DNA from: Macrostomum hystrix
Lineage: Eukaryota; Animalia; Platyhelminthes
Length of the DNA: 64,000 bases
Direction of reading: 5' to 3'
Assembly (NCBI GenBank): GCA_950097015.1
Contig: CATNEN010000001.1
Span: 2,604,001 to 2,668,000, forward strand
The notes beneath the pieces were generated by a model. It did no database searches and was not told the DNA's origin. It was given only the letters and a program-made list of their open reading frames with translations. The translations under genes and the position numbers were made by a program. Positions 1 to 14,200 of the stretch are shown piece after piece (position 1 is the first letter of the stretch; every line of letters begins with the position of its first letter).

Positions 1-152
1 AACCCTCACCCCTAATGTACACTCACTACCAAGCGACAGCCGAACCCTCACCCCTAATGTACACTCACTACCAAGCGACAGCCGAACCCTCACCCCTAAT
101 GTACACTCACTACCAAGCGACAGCCGAACCCTCACCCCTAATGTACACTCAC
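1..152. repeat. 42-bp minisatellite (truncated by window start)
   Basis: AACCCTCACCCCTAATGTACACTCACTACCAAGCGACAGCCG, about 3.6 copies. Confidence 0.9.
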
Positions 153-429
153 GCCGTCCTCTTTAAGTGTTTTACAATGCTGATTTATCCCCTTTTCATG
201 AGATTTTGTATTTGCGATTGCGAAAGCTTGTTGGTTTTGTCTTAGCATTAGTTAACAAATTATTTTTTCCTAGAAACATTTGTGGCTAAGATTTTGCTAA
301 AAATTGCTTCTCAATATGAAAATCTCAGTGAGCTTTTCATTCACCTTAAATCAGTTCGGAAGATATGCACACACTTCCAGATTTATAAGAAAAGTCAAAA
401 CATCATGTCGTTCTATTAAATTGTCATTT

Positions 430-612
430 TTTGTCACTCTCCCACAAATCTTTCTTGTCACTCTACCACGGACTTTTCTTGTCACTCTACCACAGACTAT
501 TTATGTCACTCTACCACAGACTACTCTTGTCACTCTACCACAGACTATTCATGTCACTCTACCACAGACTAATTCATTTCACTCTACCAGAGACTATTCA
601 TGTCACTCTACC
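430..612. repeat. 24-bp minisatellite
   Basis: TGTCACTCTACCACAGACTATTCA-like units. Confidence 0.85.
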
Positions 613-803
613 AATCCAGCCCGCACTCTATTGATAGATTGTCAATCAGCGTATCTGGTAGTGCACATAAAATTTCCTAATTGACTATCATTATGCATAC
701 TAGTTGGCTTAAATTACCCTAAAAGCTGCAAATTCATACCTAAGATTATTTATTTTTTTGCTGAAGAATTAATTGCTCAGCCTAAAAAACTCACCCACTG
801 AAG

Positions 804-1158
804 GTATTGCGGAGTCCACGCCTTGGCGCAGCGAATGGTACACAGATTCGCACTGCTGTGATGCTCAGTGGTGCCAAAATCAAGTTGGTACCCTGCACAC
901 CAGACCCGGAACTCTACCTATTCTCAGAGGAGATTCAACGCATTCAAAGAAACGAATGCAGGCCAAAGTCAACGGATTCCATCTGCGGCTCGGCTTTAGC
1001 CAGAGGAAAATCTAGCAGTGGCGGCGGTCATTTTGTTAATTCGTGCGACAATTTGGGCTGCATATTTAATCACGTCAATCCGGGCGGTGTGGTGTTCGAT
1101 ACCGAGGTGTCCGTAACTCTGCACTTTGCCGGAATCAGCATGGACACCACCTGGAGCT
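804..1158 (+). CDS. PI3K-C2 exon (region leading into the Ras-binding domain)
   Basis: Acceptor ctgaag|GTA, ORF DPELYLFSEEIQRIQ...NLGCIFNHV...VSVTLHFAG, donor T|GTGAGT (phase 1); 5' boundary less certain. Confidence 0.7.
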
Positions 1159-4100
1159 GTGAGTTCTGGAACTGCTTTAAATTCTTTTTTCATATTGCCT
1201 AAACACTTGGGGGTCGTAGCCTAGTGGTTAGAGTGTCGGACCTACGAATGGAAGGTCAGGGGTTCGATTCCCGATTCCACTGCAGAACCAATTTTTGCTC
1301 TCTAGCGAGACATTTAACTCTGCATTGCTTAGCTGGGGTAATTGAAGGTGGGTGTGGCGTCCCTTCAGTCCATGGACTGAAAGCCGTACGCAGCGGCTGC
1401 ACATCTGACCAAATCTAAATTAGATTCACTGATAAGTATATTGGTTGATAGATTGATATGGCCAGTAGATTGATTAATAAATATGGTCAGTAGATTAATT
1501 GATTGATATGGCCAGAAGGTTGATTGACATGATCGGTTGATATTTTTATTAATGTGATCGCTAGATTGATTGATTCATTGATTGATTGATATGGTAAGTA
1601 AATTGATTGGGGGCGAGTGGGTCAGCGGCTAGTGTCGCTGCCTCGCACTCCAATGGACGCTAGTTCGATTCTCCCTTCAAGTCACGATTCATTTCGGGAC
1701 TTGTTGGAGGGTTTGGACAGTAGCGACCGGCGGAGGTGCACCATATTTCGTGCAATCAAAGCTTGAAATAATAGCTTCGCTCCTACCTTCTGTGTGCCTG
1801 TTCTGCGTTGTGTGAGTTGTGTGCGTTGGCGCTGGGGCGTGAGGCCTTGGGGGGGTGGCTGGGGGCGGGTGTACACCGCCACGCGCTTTCTGGATTTCCG
1901 TCGGCGCGATTGGATAAGTGTACACTCATCACCCGGCCCCCCCCTGAGCACTGATTTCTTATCAGCCTTTCATATCAGGCTTGGTCTGCTCTGTGCGTGT
2001 GGGGCTGGGGTGGGGGACACTGCTGCCTATTCTGGGTGCCTCCTGCCCTCCCCGGCTGGTCTGTGCTGCTGTGTGTGGTGCCTGCTCAGGGCAGGCGGCG
2101 CGATGGGCGCAAAAGCGCCTAGTTCGCCGGTCTGGGGGCGTGCCGCTCCGTCGCTTGTGCGACAAGTGCCCCGGGCCCCCTAGCAAATAGATAGATAGAA
2201 AGTAAATTGATTGATTGATACGGTCAGTTAATTGATCGATATGATCGGTTGATTGATTGATTGATTGATATGGTCAGTAGCGTTTTTTATTGACATGGTA
2301 TGTTGATAGGTTAATTGATGTGATCGGTTGATTGATTGATTGATCGATGTTGTCAGTAGATTAGTTGATTGATTGATAGATTTGCGCAGTATATTGATTG
2401 AAAATTAAGATGTTGAGTGAAGTATGATTCATGTACAAACTGATTACCTAACTACTCCTATTTTGTTCCGTCAACTTTAGGCCGACAAGAATATTATATA
2501 GTAAGTTTGCTTGCTTTTGCAGTGTCCAGTCGAGTCGAAGACATCATGTTCAGTCTGTTATTTGATTCGCAACTATCTGATAGAATATCTAGCCTACACG
2601 GCGAACAAGTCATGGATGTGAACCAGTTTCTATTGAGAATTAGCGGTCGAGACGAATATTTGAAACCGTGAGTGTTCTAAAAATAGTACTGTCATAGTAG
2701 TGTGCTCAGTGTTTTTGTTGATTCCAGATTAATTTACATACTTATCTCATTTTCTACTCCTCTATCCTTAATTATCACATTTTCTACTCCTCTATCCATA
2801 ATTATCAGATTATCTTTTCCCCTATCCATATTTATCCCATTCTATTCTCCCCTATCCATGATTGGGCGGATAGCTCAGTCAGTAAGGTGTCGGACTCTGG
2901 ATCAGATGGTCCTGGGTTCGACTCCCGACCTAGTCTAGAACTATTCGTGCAGCCTTTGGCAAGCTGCTTTGCCCTGATGTGCACACAGTCTACTCAGCTG
3001 CAAATGAGTACCGACATTTCGTCGGGTAATAATAATTCCGGCTGGCGTGGAATAAAGCAGTTCTGTGCGGCAATTCTGTGGGGTTTGGATGCTGCCGATA
3101 TGTTTAGAAAAATAAATTCCATTGCTGACACGCGGCTGTCAACCGGTGTCCGAGAGAGCCGGGGAGTACATTAGGTGTGCAGTCCCCACCTGCTAGTGTG
3201 CCTGACACACAACACCTGCACTGGCCCTTGGGTCTAGTGTCAATTATTATTATTATTATTATCCATGATTATCCCATTATCCCATGTATCACACAACACA
3301 CAGAGACGAGGCTCTGCGCAGCCACTCGGTGTTCCAAGAGACTCGACGCTGTCAGCGCTACGAGTTCTGCCTGGAGCGCATCGACGGAATTCGAGATCCG
3401 AGCAGATTTCTTGGCCGCAGCAGCGAAGATTTGGAGGCCGCTTTCCAATTGCCGAATAAGTACAGCAGCTTCACGTGCGATGTGGATAGGTAAGCTGGTG
3501 GACTTCGGTCGCTGTGCTGTTTTCTGGTTTTGTAATCGTGTAAATCCAGCCAGCTCGCTCCAACTTCTGATTACTAAATCCCATTTTTCCATCTCAAAAT
3601 CGCTATTTATTTCGTCTTGAACTTTCCTTTAATCCAATTTTCGAACTCGTTTTTTAATTTCGGAATCCCTTTTTATCTCATCTCGAAATCCCTATTTGTC
3701 CCCTTTCCAAATCCCCATTTATCCCATCTCCAAATCATTATTTATCCATCACCAAATCCCTATTTATCCCATCTCTAAATCCCCATTTATCCCATCTCCA
3801 AATACAAATTTTCGCCCTCTTCAAATCCCTATTTATCCCATCCTTAAATCCCTATTCATCCCATCTTCAAATCTCTACTTATGTAACATTCAAATGTATA
3901 TATCCCCTTTTCGAATCCCTATTATTCTTGGTTTCAAATCAATATTCATCCCATCTCAAATATTTTGATCCTATCTCCAAATCCCTATTTATCCTATGGC
4001 AAAATATTCCTACTTTTCATACCTCCAAATCTGCATTTGTCCTATGTGTCCTTACTTAAAATCCCTTTTTAATTTTTTCTCCAAGTCCTTTCTATCCATT

Positions 4101-7100
4101 TTTTAATTCCCATGTGCTTTTACTTTAAAATCTATATATTTGGAATACTAAAATTGAAAGTAAAAAGCTAATTTGACTCTGCAGCGGCTCCATCAGCAGT
4201 CTGTTGGACGAGTTTCTGCGCCAGAAGCAGGCCCTACTAAATAGCCAGCCGCAGGAATGCAAACTAACTCCGCTAAATCAGATTGTGAAATTCACTTGCA
4301 ACAAATGCGGCAATCTAATGCTGCCCGATATTTACCGTTACATCACCGACATTGAGACCATTATGCGATATCATCAGCAAGATCTGCCCGTTGCCACTCT
4401 GGCGAACAAGCTGGAGCTGCTTCAGGAGGCCCTGCTGCAACAGGTCAACCTGTTCTGCTTCTGTTGGTCGGCTAATTATCATTTCTGCTCTCCTGAAGCC
4501 CAGTTGTCAAATATTTGTACATCGGACACGCCATTTGGTTGCTACGTAGCAACCCAAGAGGAGCAGGCGGGTAGCTTTCACGAATATTTCTACATTTGTG
4601 TTAGCTCTCTGCACAGGCTGCCTAGCAATGATTCTTTGAGATCGCGCTACTCCGAAATAAAAGTTCGCTGCGAACTGCATCACGGCGTTAAAAAACTGGA
4701 CGATCCGGTGGCCACTGATGCCGCACAGCTCGTCCTTCCCATGGATTGCGAGTTGTTTAAGTACCTTGGTGAGCTGATTTCCTTATCGAAAGCCTCCCAT
4801 TACTATCATTGGTCCTTATCAGACCCCTTCCAACCCGCCACCCCATCAGTGTGCACTCACTGCTGGCTCCTTATCAGACCCCTTCCAACCCGCCACCCCA
4901 TCAGTGTGCACTCACTGCTGGCTCCTTATCAGACCACTTCCAACCCGCCACCCCATCAGTGTGCACTCACTGCTGGCTCCTTATCAGACCCCTTCCAACC
5001 CGCCACCCCATCAGTGTGCACTCACTGCTGGCTCCTTATCAGACCCCTTCCAACCCGCCACCCCATCAGTGTGCACTCACTGCTGGCTCCTTATCAGACC
5101 CCTTCCAACCCGCCACCCCATCAGTGTGCACTCACTGCTGGCTCCTTATCAGACCACTTCCAACCCGCCACCCCATCAGTGTGCACTCACTGCTGGCTCC
5201 TTATCAGACCCCTTCCAACCCGCCACCCCATCAGTGTGCACCCACTGCTGGCTCCTTATCAGACCCCTTCCAACCCGCCACCCCATCAGTGTGCACTCAC
5301 TGCTGGCTCCTTATCAGACCCCTTCCAACCCGCCACCCCATCAGTGTGCACTCACTGCTGGCTCCTTATCAGACCCCTTCCAACCCGCCACCCCATCAGT
5401 GTGCACTCACTGCTGGCTCCTTATCAGACCCCTTCCAACCCGCCACCCCATCAGTGTGCACTCACTGCTGGCTCCTTATCAGACCCCTTCCAACCCGCCA
5501 CCCCATCAGTGTGCACTCACTGCTGGCTTTCTTTCTAAAAATAATTCATATTGGTGTCGTACCCGATTTGCAGATTGGCGGGAGTCTGGCCAATTGACCT
5601 TCACACGTACTCAGGTGTCTAGCTTACCAAGGGAAACAGTGTTGTCATTCACTCTGTACGGCAGGGTGCGTTCCGGCGATCAGGCAAATGAGAACATTCG
5701 TTACACCGAACCTATAGCTTGGGTTCGACTGCGCCTGTTTGATGCTAAGGTTAGAAGTCGCATTGCATTCCCCAATTCCTAATAATTAATATATAAGTTT
5801 TATTTATAGTAGTTTTCATATTTATCACAGTCAATCCCTTCCTATGGTCAATCATTATATTCAAACTATGCCTTTTGTATCTCATACCTAAGGTAGATAA
5901 TCTACTAGAATCTTCTAGATTTCCCAGCCAATCTACTAGATCTTATAGCCAATCTACTAGATCTTATAGCCAATCTACTAGATCTCACAGCCAATCTACT
6001 AGATCTTACAGCCAATCTACTAGATCTCACAGCCAATCTACTAGATCTCACAGCCAATCTTCTAGATCTCACAGCCAATCTTCTAGATCTCACAGCCAAT
6101 CTACTAGATCTCACAGCCAATCTACTAGATCTCACAGCCAATCTACTAGATCTCACAGCCAATCTACTAGATCTCACAGCCAATCTTCTAGATCTCACAG
6201 CCAATCTTCTAGATCTCACAGCCAATCTACTAGATCTCACAGCCAATCTTCTAGATCTCACAGCCAATCTTCTAGATCTCACAGCCAATCTACTAGATCT
6301 CACAGCCAATCTACTAGATCTCACAGCCAATCTACTAGATCTCACAGCCAATCTTCTAGATCTCACAGCCAATCTTCTAGATCTCACAGCCAATCTACTA
6401 GATCTCACAGCCAATCTACTAGATCTCACAGCCAATCTACTAGATCTCACAGCCCATCTACTAGATCTCACAGCCCATCTACTAGATCTCACAGCCCATC
6501 TACTAGATCTCAAAAATAACGTAAAATCCTACTCAGGGCGCGTTGAAGCAGGGCTCCTACTTGCTGCCAATGTGGAACGATCGTAACAAGGCGGATTGGA
6601 ACGACAGTTGTGAGACTAACATGTGTCATCAGGATGCCAATTCCTGCACCTTCGTATTGCACATTCGCATGCCAAATTATCGACGCAAAGGTGACAACCT
6701 GCCGCTGAGGATTGTATTTCCGCCTGCCGATAGTTTCTACGATTCGCGATTCTACAACGGCGACTGGAGCGGGGCAGATCCCATGACAGGAGAAGATATT
6801 GACAATTTTCATCGCATCATTAATAGAAAGTTTACGGAGAGGTAATTGCTATTTTATATTTGAATTTTTTAAACCCCTGATTCATATGGAATCAAGAAAT
6901 TTACAACAGTTTTCAACCAATCAAAATCGAGCATCTTTTTATGTACTATGGCTTTCGACCAATTAAACTCAAGCTTATTTATATGTACATAGTCTCTTAA
7001 CCAATCAAAGTCAAGTATTAGTATTTTCTGTACAGTGACCCCCAGCCAATCAAAATCAAACGGTTAGTGTGTACATTGACTTTCGACCAATCAAAATCAA

Positions 7101-10100
7101 ATATTAGTATTTTCTGTTCAGTGACCCCCAGCCAATCAAAATCAAACGTTTAGTGTGTACATTGACTTTCGACCAATCAAAGTCAAGTATTAGTATTTTC
7201 TGTACAGTGACCCCCCAGCCAATCAAAATCAAACGGTTAGTGTGTACATTGACTTTCGACCAATCAAAATCAAACCCGTAAATGTGTGCACTATCTGTTA
7301 ACAGTTGAAAGACCTCTCTATTGTCTTCCCTGTGGAAATACCTCGGGGTATTTCAAATACCCACTGCCTACATCACGATAGCTCCCAAACAGAATGACCG
7401 ATGAACCTAATTTTCAAAGCCGTCCGACGTCAGCATCGTCGAGATATTCAACGATTCTCCCATGACTATGACTACTAACATTGCTCTGTATAAACCTAGA
7501 TGGCGAATCCATATTGGTTCATTGATGACATGGTTACGTGATGAAATTTCGTGCCACCCCGATCAGAACCGTTGACTATCTCGACGATGCTAACCAATCA
7601 AAATCAAAGCTTTCCTGTGTACACCGACTATCTTTAATCCCGCAGCCATTTAGACGAAGCGGATCGAGTGACTGTGCTATCCAAGCGTTGCATCTTTCTG
7701 GCCAACTTTGCGAGCTCTCTGCCGCAGGTGCTGCTGTCATTTCCCAGCTACAAATCCGACCTGTTGCCTCAGATTTATCGCTGCCTGACAGCCTGGGAGG
7801 AGCGTTGGGCCTCGCAGAGTCGGCCGGCTGACACGCCATTGGCGCCTCTGCTGCAACTGCTCTGCCCTGAGTTTGCCGACATTGAAGTCAGAGAATTCGC
7901 CGTTCGCCACCTGTTCGCCAGCCTCCAACCGGACGAGATGGAGCGATACCTGCCCCAGATGACTCAGGCGTTGCTATGCCAACCGCATCTGTGCTCAACC
8001 AGTCTACTCTGCCGACTGTTAGTGATGTCGGTGCATTCCCCGGCATTCGCCAGCGCATTCTATTGGCAATTGAAACTGCTATCTAACCTGGATAGTCGCT
8101 ATCAGCGGCGTAGATTAACTCTAATTAGTGCCGGCCTTAGGCACCTGTGCGGCAGCTGCGTTGAATCCGAATGGGCTCGCCAGGAGCAGCTGATCGATGC
8201 GTTGGAACCTCTGGCTGCCAGGGTGCAGAGTCACAAATCTGTGGACATCTTTAGAGACGAATTGGGCATTAAAGTGAGTTTGTGTTGGACTAGAACTGTC
8301 CAATGTAATTACGTGCCTGTCGGACGTAATTATTTCATTAATTTCTATTAATCGAGTAAGAAAAATTGTCTTTAATTATCTTCAAAGCCTTCCTCGAAAA
8401 TTCTTATTGAGTCTCACTGGGTATCTGGCTAAATCTCACAGAGAATCTCTAAAACTCTTATGGAGAATGTCATGCAAAATCTCACGCGAAGTATCTAAAA
8501 ATCTCATTGGGAATCTAGGAAAATCTCACAGAGAAACTCTATGAAAAATCTAAGAGAATCTCACGGACAATTTTTGAGAATCTCACGGGGAATTTAGGGG
8601 AATCTCACTGAGAATTTAGGAGAATCTCACTGAGAATTTAGGAGAATCTTACTGAGAATTTAGGAGAATCTCACTGAGAATTTAGGAGAATCTCACTGAG
8701 AATTTAGGAGAATCTCACTGAGAATTTAAAAGAATCTCACGGGGAATCTAGGAAAATCATACAGAAAATCTCAAGGCAAATCTCTTAAATTCTCACGTAA
8801 AAGTCACCAGGAGTCTCTAAGGAGTCTCACCAGTAATCTAAGAAAATCTTACTATGAAATTTATGTTGAATCTATGAAAGCCTCACTGAGAAAGAGTAAA
8901 ATTTCACGAAGAGAAATAATCACACTAAGAATCTCACAGATTTTCACCTTACTCAAACCCTACTCAGATCCAGCCGCTGTTGAGTCGCTGGTCTCACGTA
9001 CGCCTGCCGCATGATATGGGCCTCCTAGCTAAATGTGTCTCCGTGCCTCGCTGCTCATTCTTCTCGTCCAAGACGATGCCGTTGCGTCTGGTGTTTCTGC
9101 CCTATCACGAGGCCGACTCGCACCAGACAATCTCCGTGATCTACAAGAAGGGCGACAATTTGAGCATGGACGCACTCTGCCTGCAGATGACTTACCTGTT
9201 CAATCTGATCTGGCGTAAGGAGGGCCTGGACCTGAGCATGCTGCTGTTTAGAGTTTTCCCAACATCCGCCGACGCCGGCTTTGTTGAATTAGTGTCCGAT
9301 TGTAAATCGTTGAAGAATATTCATCTGGAGTTTAAGACCGCCTTTGGCGCCGCCTGTGTGTTCGACTGGTTGAGGAAGTACAATAGGACAGAGAGCGAGC
9401 TCAGGTTTGTTAGCTTTCAGACTATATAATCCTCATTTTGTGATTTGAATTTAGTATTGACACCTTAGTTTGCTAATTATCCGTCTAGCTTGCAAATTAT
9501 CGGCCCTAGATGATAAATAAACACCCAAACTGTCAAAATATCCCTTTTTATGCTAATTATCCCCTTGGCTTGTAAATTGTCCCGTAAAGTTTGTTAATTA
9601 TCTGTCTAGCTTGCAATTTATCCCATATAGTTTGCTAGTTATCCCCTATAGTTTGCAAATTATCCCCTATAGTTTGCTAGTTATCCCCATAGTTTGCTAG
9701 TTATCCCCTATAGTTTCCAAATTATCCCCTATAGTTTCCAAATTATCCCCTATAGTTTGCAAATTATCTTCTATAGTTTCCCAATTATCCCCTATAGTTT
9801 CCAAATTATCCCCTATAGTTTCCAAATTATCCCCTATAGTTTCCAAATTATCCCCTATAGTTTCCAAATTATCCCCTATAGTTTCCAAATTATCCCCTAT
9901 AGTTTCCAAATTATCCCCTATAGTTTCCAAATTATCCCCTATAGTTTCCCAATTATCCCCTATAATTTCCTAATTATCCCCTATAGTTTCCAAATTATCC
10001 CCTATAGTTTCCAAATTATCCCCTATAGTTTCCAAATTATCCCCTATAGTTTCCAAATTATCCCCTATAGTTTCCAAATTATCCCCTATAGTTTCAAAAT

Positions 10101-11219
10101 TATCCCCTATAGTTTCCAAATTATCCCCTATAGTTTCCAAATTATCCCCTATAGTTTCCAAATTATCCCCTATAGTTTCCAAATTATCCCCCTAGCATGT
10201 GAATTTTTTAGTTTGACCGCTACAAGTCGGCTACTTACAGTAGTAGTCTGTAAGGCTGTAAATTGCCCACCCCACCATGTTCAGTTCCGCAGTGGACACT
10301 TTCACCCGGTCTCTGGCCGGCTGGCTGGTGATGACCTACGTATTAGGCGTCTGCGATCGGCACAATGACAACATCATGCTCTGCAACACTGGGCACCTGT
10401 TTCACATCGACTTCGCCAAATTGTTAGGCGACTCCGAGAAATTCCTTGGCGTCTCACGCGACCGAGTGCCGATGGTCTTCACCAAGGATATGTTCTACGC
10501 CATCAATGGCGGCACCCCCTCAGTGACGCCGAGGTACTTCAAGTTCATTGCCTACTGCGTTGAAGCGTTCAACATATTGAGGAAGAATTCTAATCTGCTG
10601 CTCACGATGGTCAAGCTAATGCTGCCGGCCAATATTCCTAGGTGAGTTAGCTGGCTTTGGGACTTCAAGTATCTGGGAGACTTTTTTCTAGTCTAGTAGA
10701 TAAGAGGATTGACATTTGCAGATTATGTAGGAGAAAGATGAGAAGTAGAGTTGAGGGAGGAGAAGTAGAGTATAGGATGGATGAAAACTAGAGTAGAGAA
10801 TGAGAAGTGGAGATGAAGGATGATAAGTGGAGCGGAAGGATGAGAAGTAGAGTAGAGAATAAGAAGTCTAGTAGAGAATGAGGATGAGAAGTTGAGTTAA
10901 TGGATGAGAAGTGGAGTTAAAGGATGAGAAGTAGAGTAGAAGATAAGACGTCTAGTAGAGAATGAGGATAAAAAGTAGAAATCCCATTGGAATGGCTGCT
11001 CCTCGCTGCCAGATTCAACTTGGAAGGCATCGAGTATGTTCAAGCCCGCCTAGAGCCGTCGCTAAACGAGCTTCAGGCATGTCGGAAGCTGACCGTACTG
11101 CTAGATAAATGCCTTCGCGACGATAGCGCCGAGTGGAATTTTCGAGTTCACACCATGTTCAATCCTGAGCAGCAGCAGCCGGAGCAGTCGTCGGAGCCTT
11201 TGTACCAGCAACAGCAGCA

Positions 11220-11256
<37 letters not shown>

Positions 11257-14200
11257 CAAAAGCAGAGCCAATCACAGTTTGACAAATCCGGTTCAACAAG
11301 CGCGGACAATCTCAGACACAGTCTAAGGTCAGACGGCGAAATTCTTGAAATACAAGCTATCAGAGCTTTTGGACCTTCGCCAACGACGTCAATGTACGAC
11401 TCCGTGGATGTTCGAGTGCGTTCTTCCAACAGTCACCAGCAGCAGCAGCAGCAGCAGCAGAGGCAGCTGCAGTTTGTATTCTTAATTCGTAGACGCGGTG
11501 GTTTTATTGGCTACGTGCAGCTGTCACGTGACGATATCGCCACATTCTGGTCGGCGGCTCGGTCAGCCTATCCTACAACAATGTCCAACCTGCCGGCTCC
11601 TGCACTGGCTCAGGCTGCCACTGCCGACGACGCTGCCGCCGCTCTCGAAGTCTGGCTAACCAGCCTGCTGGGTGCCGATGGCATCGGCCGATCGGATCTG
11701 CTGTACTCACTGCTGCACCCGAATGTGGACGAGCCTCCGGTTGGCGACTCCACCGGCCTGGGCGATCTGGGACCTCGGCCCGCCCTGCTCAGTCACAGCT
11801 ACGGAGAGCAGCCTAGCTTGAAGGTCAGCTTGTTCAGCCTGTTCTCAGTGTCTGTCTACCTGTTCTAGATGTCTGTCTACCTGTTCTCGATGTCTGTCTA
11901 CCTGCTCTCAGTGTCTGTCTACCTGTTCTAGATGTCTGTCTACCTGTTCTAGATGTCTGTATACCTGTTCTAGATGTCTGTCTACCTGTTCTAGATGTCT
12001 GTCTACCTGCTCTCAGTGTCTGTCTACCTGTTCTAGATGTCTGTCTACCTGTTCTAGATGTCTGTCTACCTGTTCTAGATGTCTGTCTACCTGTTCTAGA
12101 TGTCTGTCTACCTGCTCTCAGTGTCTGTCTACCTGTTCTATATGTTTGTCTACCTGTTCTCAGTGTCTGTCTACCTGTTCTCAGTGTCTGTCTACTTGTT
12201 CTAGATGTCTGTCTTCCTGCTCTCAGTGTCTGTCTACCTGTTCTAGATGTCTGTCTACCTGTTCTAGATGTCTGTCTACCTGTTCTAGATGTCTGTCTAC
12301 CTGTTCTAGATGTCTGTCTACCTGTTCTAGATGTCTGTCTACCTGCTCTCAGTGTCTGTCTACCTGTTCTAGATGTCTGTCTACCTGTTCTCATTGTCTG
12401 TCTACCTGTTCTAGATGTCTGTCTACCTGCTCTCAGTGTCTGTCTACCTGTTCTAGATGTCTGTCTACCTGTTCTACATGTCTGTCTACCTTTTATGTGT
12501 GTCATCCTATATTTTTCACGTGTCTGTCCACCTGTTTTTATTTCTACTTTTTTATTCTGTTCGTAGGTTTTTATTATTTACTTTAGTAAATTGCTTTATA
12601 TACTTCACTAATTTCATAAACTTCATATACTTTATGCATATGCTTTTTTACCATATAAGTTTGTCCTGTGTTAGTATAAAATCATATTAAGTTTATAATA
12701 ATTAATATGGCTACAATATTCGCAGTCTCAATAGGCAGGAAAATCCTGACATAATACTAATATTCAGTCCACGTCGTCAACGTAGGTAGCTGCTTGGCGG
12801 AAGCTTTTCATTTCCTCTTCCAGTTAATCAATTATCGCCTGGCCATGAAGAACTCCTTGATTGGAAATCATGACAGGTTTAATGGCTTTGAATACAGCGC
12901 CTTAGTTATTGCGAGTATATAGGTGTGCCTGAGATTTATCGCACTCACAATAGAGATTGCGAATATTTCTTGACACTCATAATTCATATTCTTCTATCGG
13001 AACCAAATTCGTTTGGCCCACAAGTGTTATCAATCAACAGTGAAGATTTATTAACTGTTCTATTTATTAACTAAAACTGAACTTTGCAGACAAGTCGCTT
13101 CACACACTTCACACAACTCATCCACTTCACTCAGTTCACAGAACAGTCACTTCACACAGCTCACTTCACTCAGTTCACAGAACAGACACTTCACACAGCT
13201 CACTTCACTCAGTTCACAGAACAGACACTTCACACAGCTCACTTCACTCAGTTCACAGAACAGACACTTCACACAACTCACCCACTTCACACAGTTCACA
13301 GACCAGTCACTTCACACAACTCACACAGTTCACAGAACAGACACTTCACACAACTCACACAGTTCACAGACCAGACACTTCACACAACTCACACAGTTCA
13401 CAGAACAGACACTTCACACAACTCACACAGTTCACAGAACAGACACTTCACACAACTCACACAGTTCACAGAACAGACACTTCACACAACTCACACAGTT
13501 CACAGAACAGACACTTCACACAACTCACACAGTTCACAGACCAGACACTTCACACAACTCACACAGTTCACAGACCAGACACTTCACACAACTCACACAG
13601 TTCACAGAACAGACACTTCACACAACTCACACAGTTCACAGAACAGACACTTCACACAACTCACACAGTTCACAGAACAGACACTTCACACAACTCACAC
13701 AGTTCACAGACCAGACACTTCACACAACTCACACAGTTCACAGACCAGACACTTCACACAGCTCACACAGTTCACAGACCAGACACTTCACACAACTCAC
13801 ACAGTTCACAGACCAGACACTTCACACAACTCACACAGTTCACAGAACAGACACTTCACACAACTCACACAGTTCACAGAACAGACACTTCACACAACTC
13901 ACACACTTCACAGACCAGACACTTCACACAACTCACACAGTTCACAGAACAGACACTTCACACAACTCACACAGTTCACAGACCAGACACTTCACACAAC
14001 TCACACAGTTCACAGAACAGACACTTCACACAACTCACACACTTCACAGACCAGACACTTCACACAACTCACACAGTTCACAGAACAGACACTTCACACA
14101 ACTCACACAGTTCACAGACCAGACACTTCACACAACTCACACAGTTCACAGACCAGACACTTCACACAACTCACACAGTTCACAGACCAGACACTTCACA

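Noticed and set aside
1209-1285. tRNA-like sequences (also 2864, 21915, 53484)
   Set aside because: They run into shared SINE bodies with tails and TSDs and lack a clean cloverleaf; SINE heads, not tRNA genes
2501-2522. Possible 22-nt GT-AG mini-intron
   Set aside because: Its removal would frameshift the RBD exon
4769-5538. Long ORF extensions (444, 262 and 292 aa) through the 55-bp repeat
   Set aside because: Stop-free tandem repeat inside an intron; splice sites at 4768/5574 give the proper C2 domain
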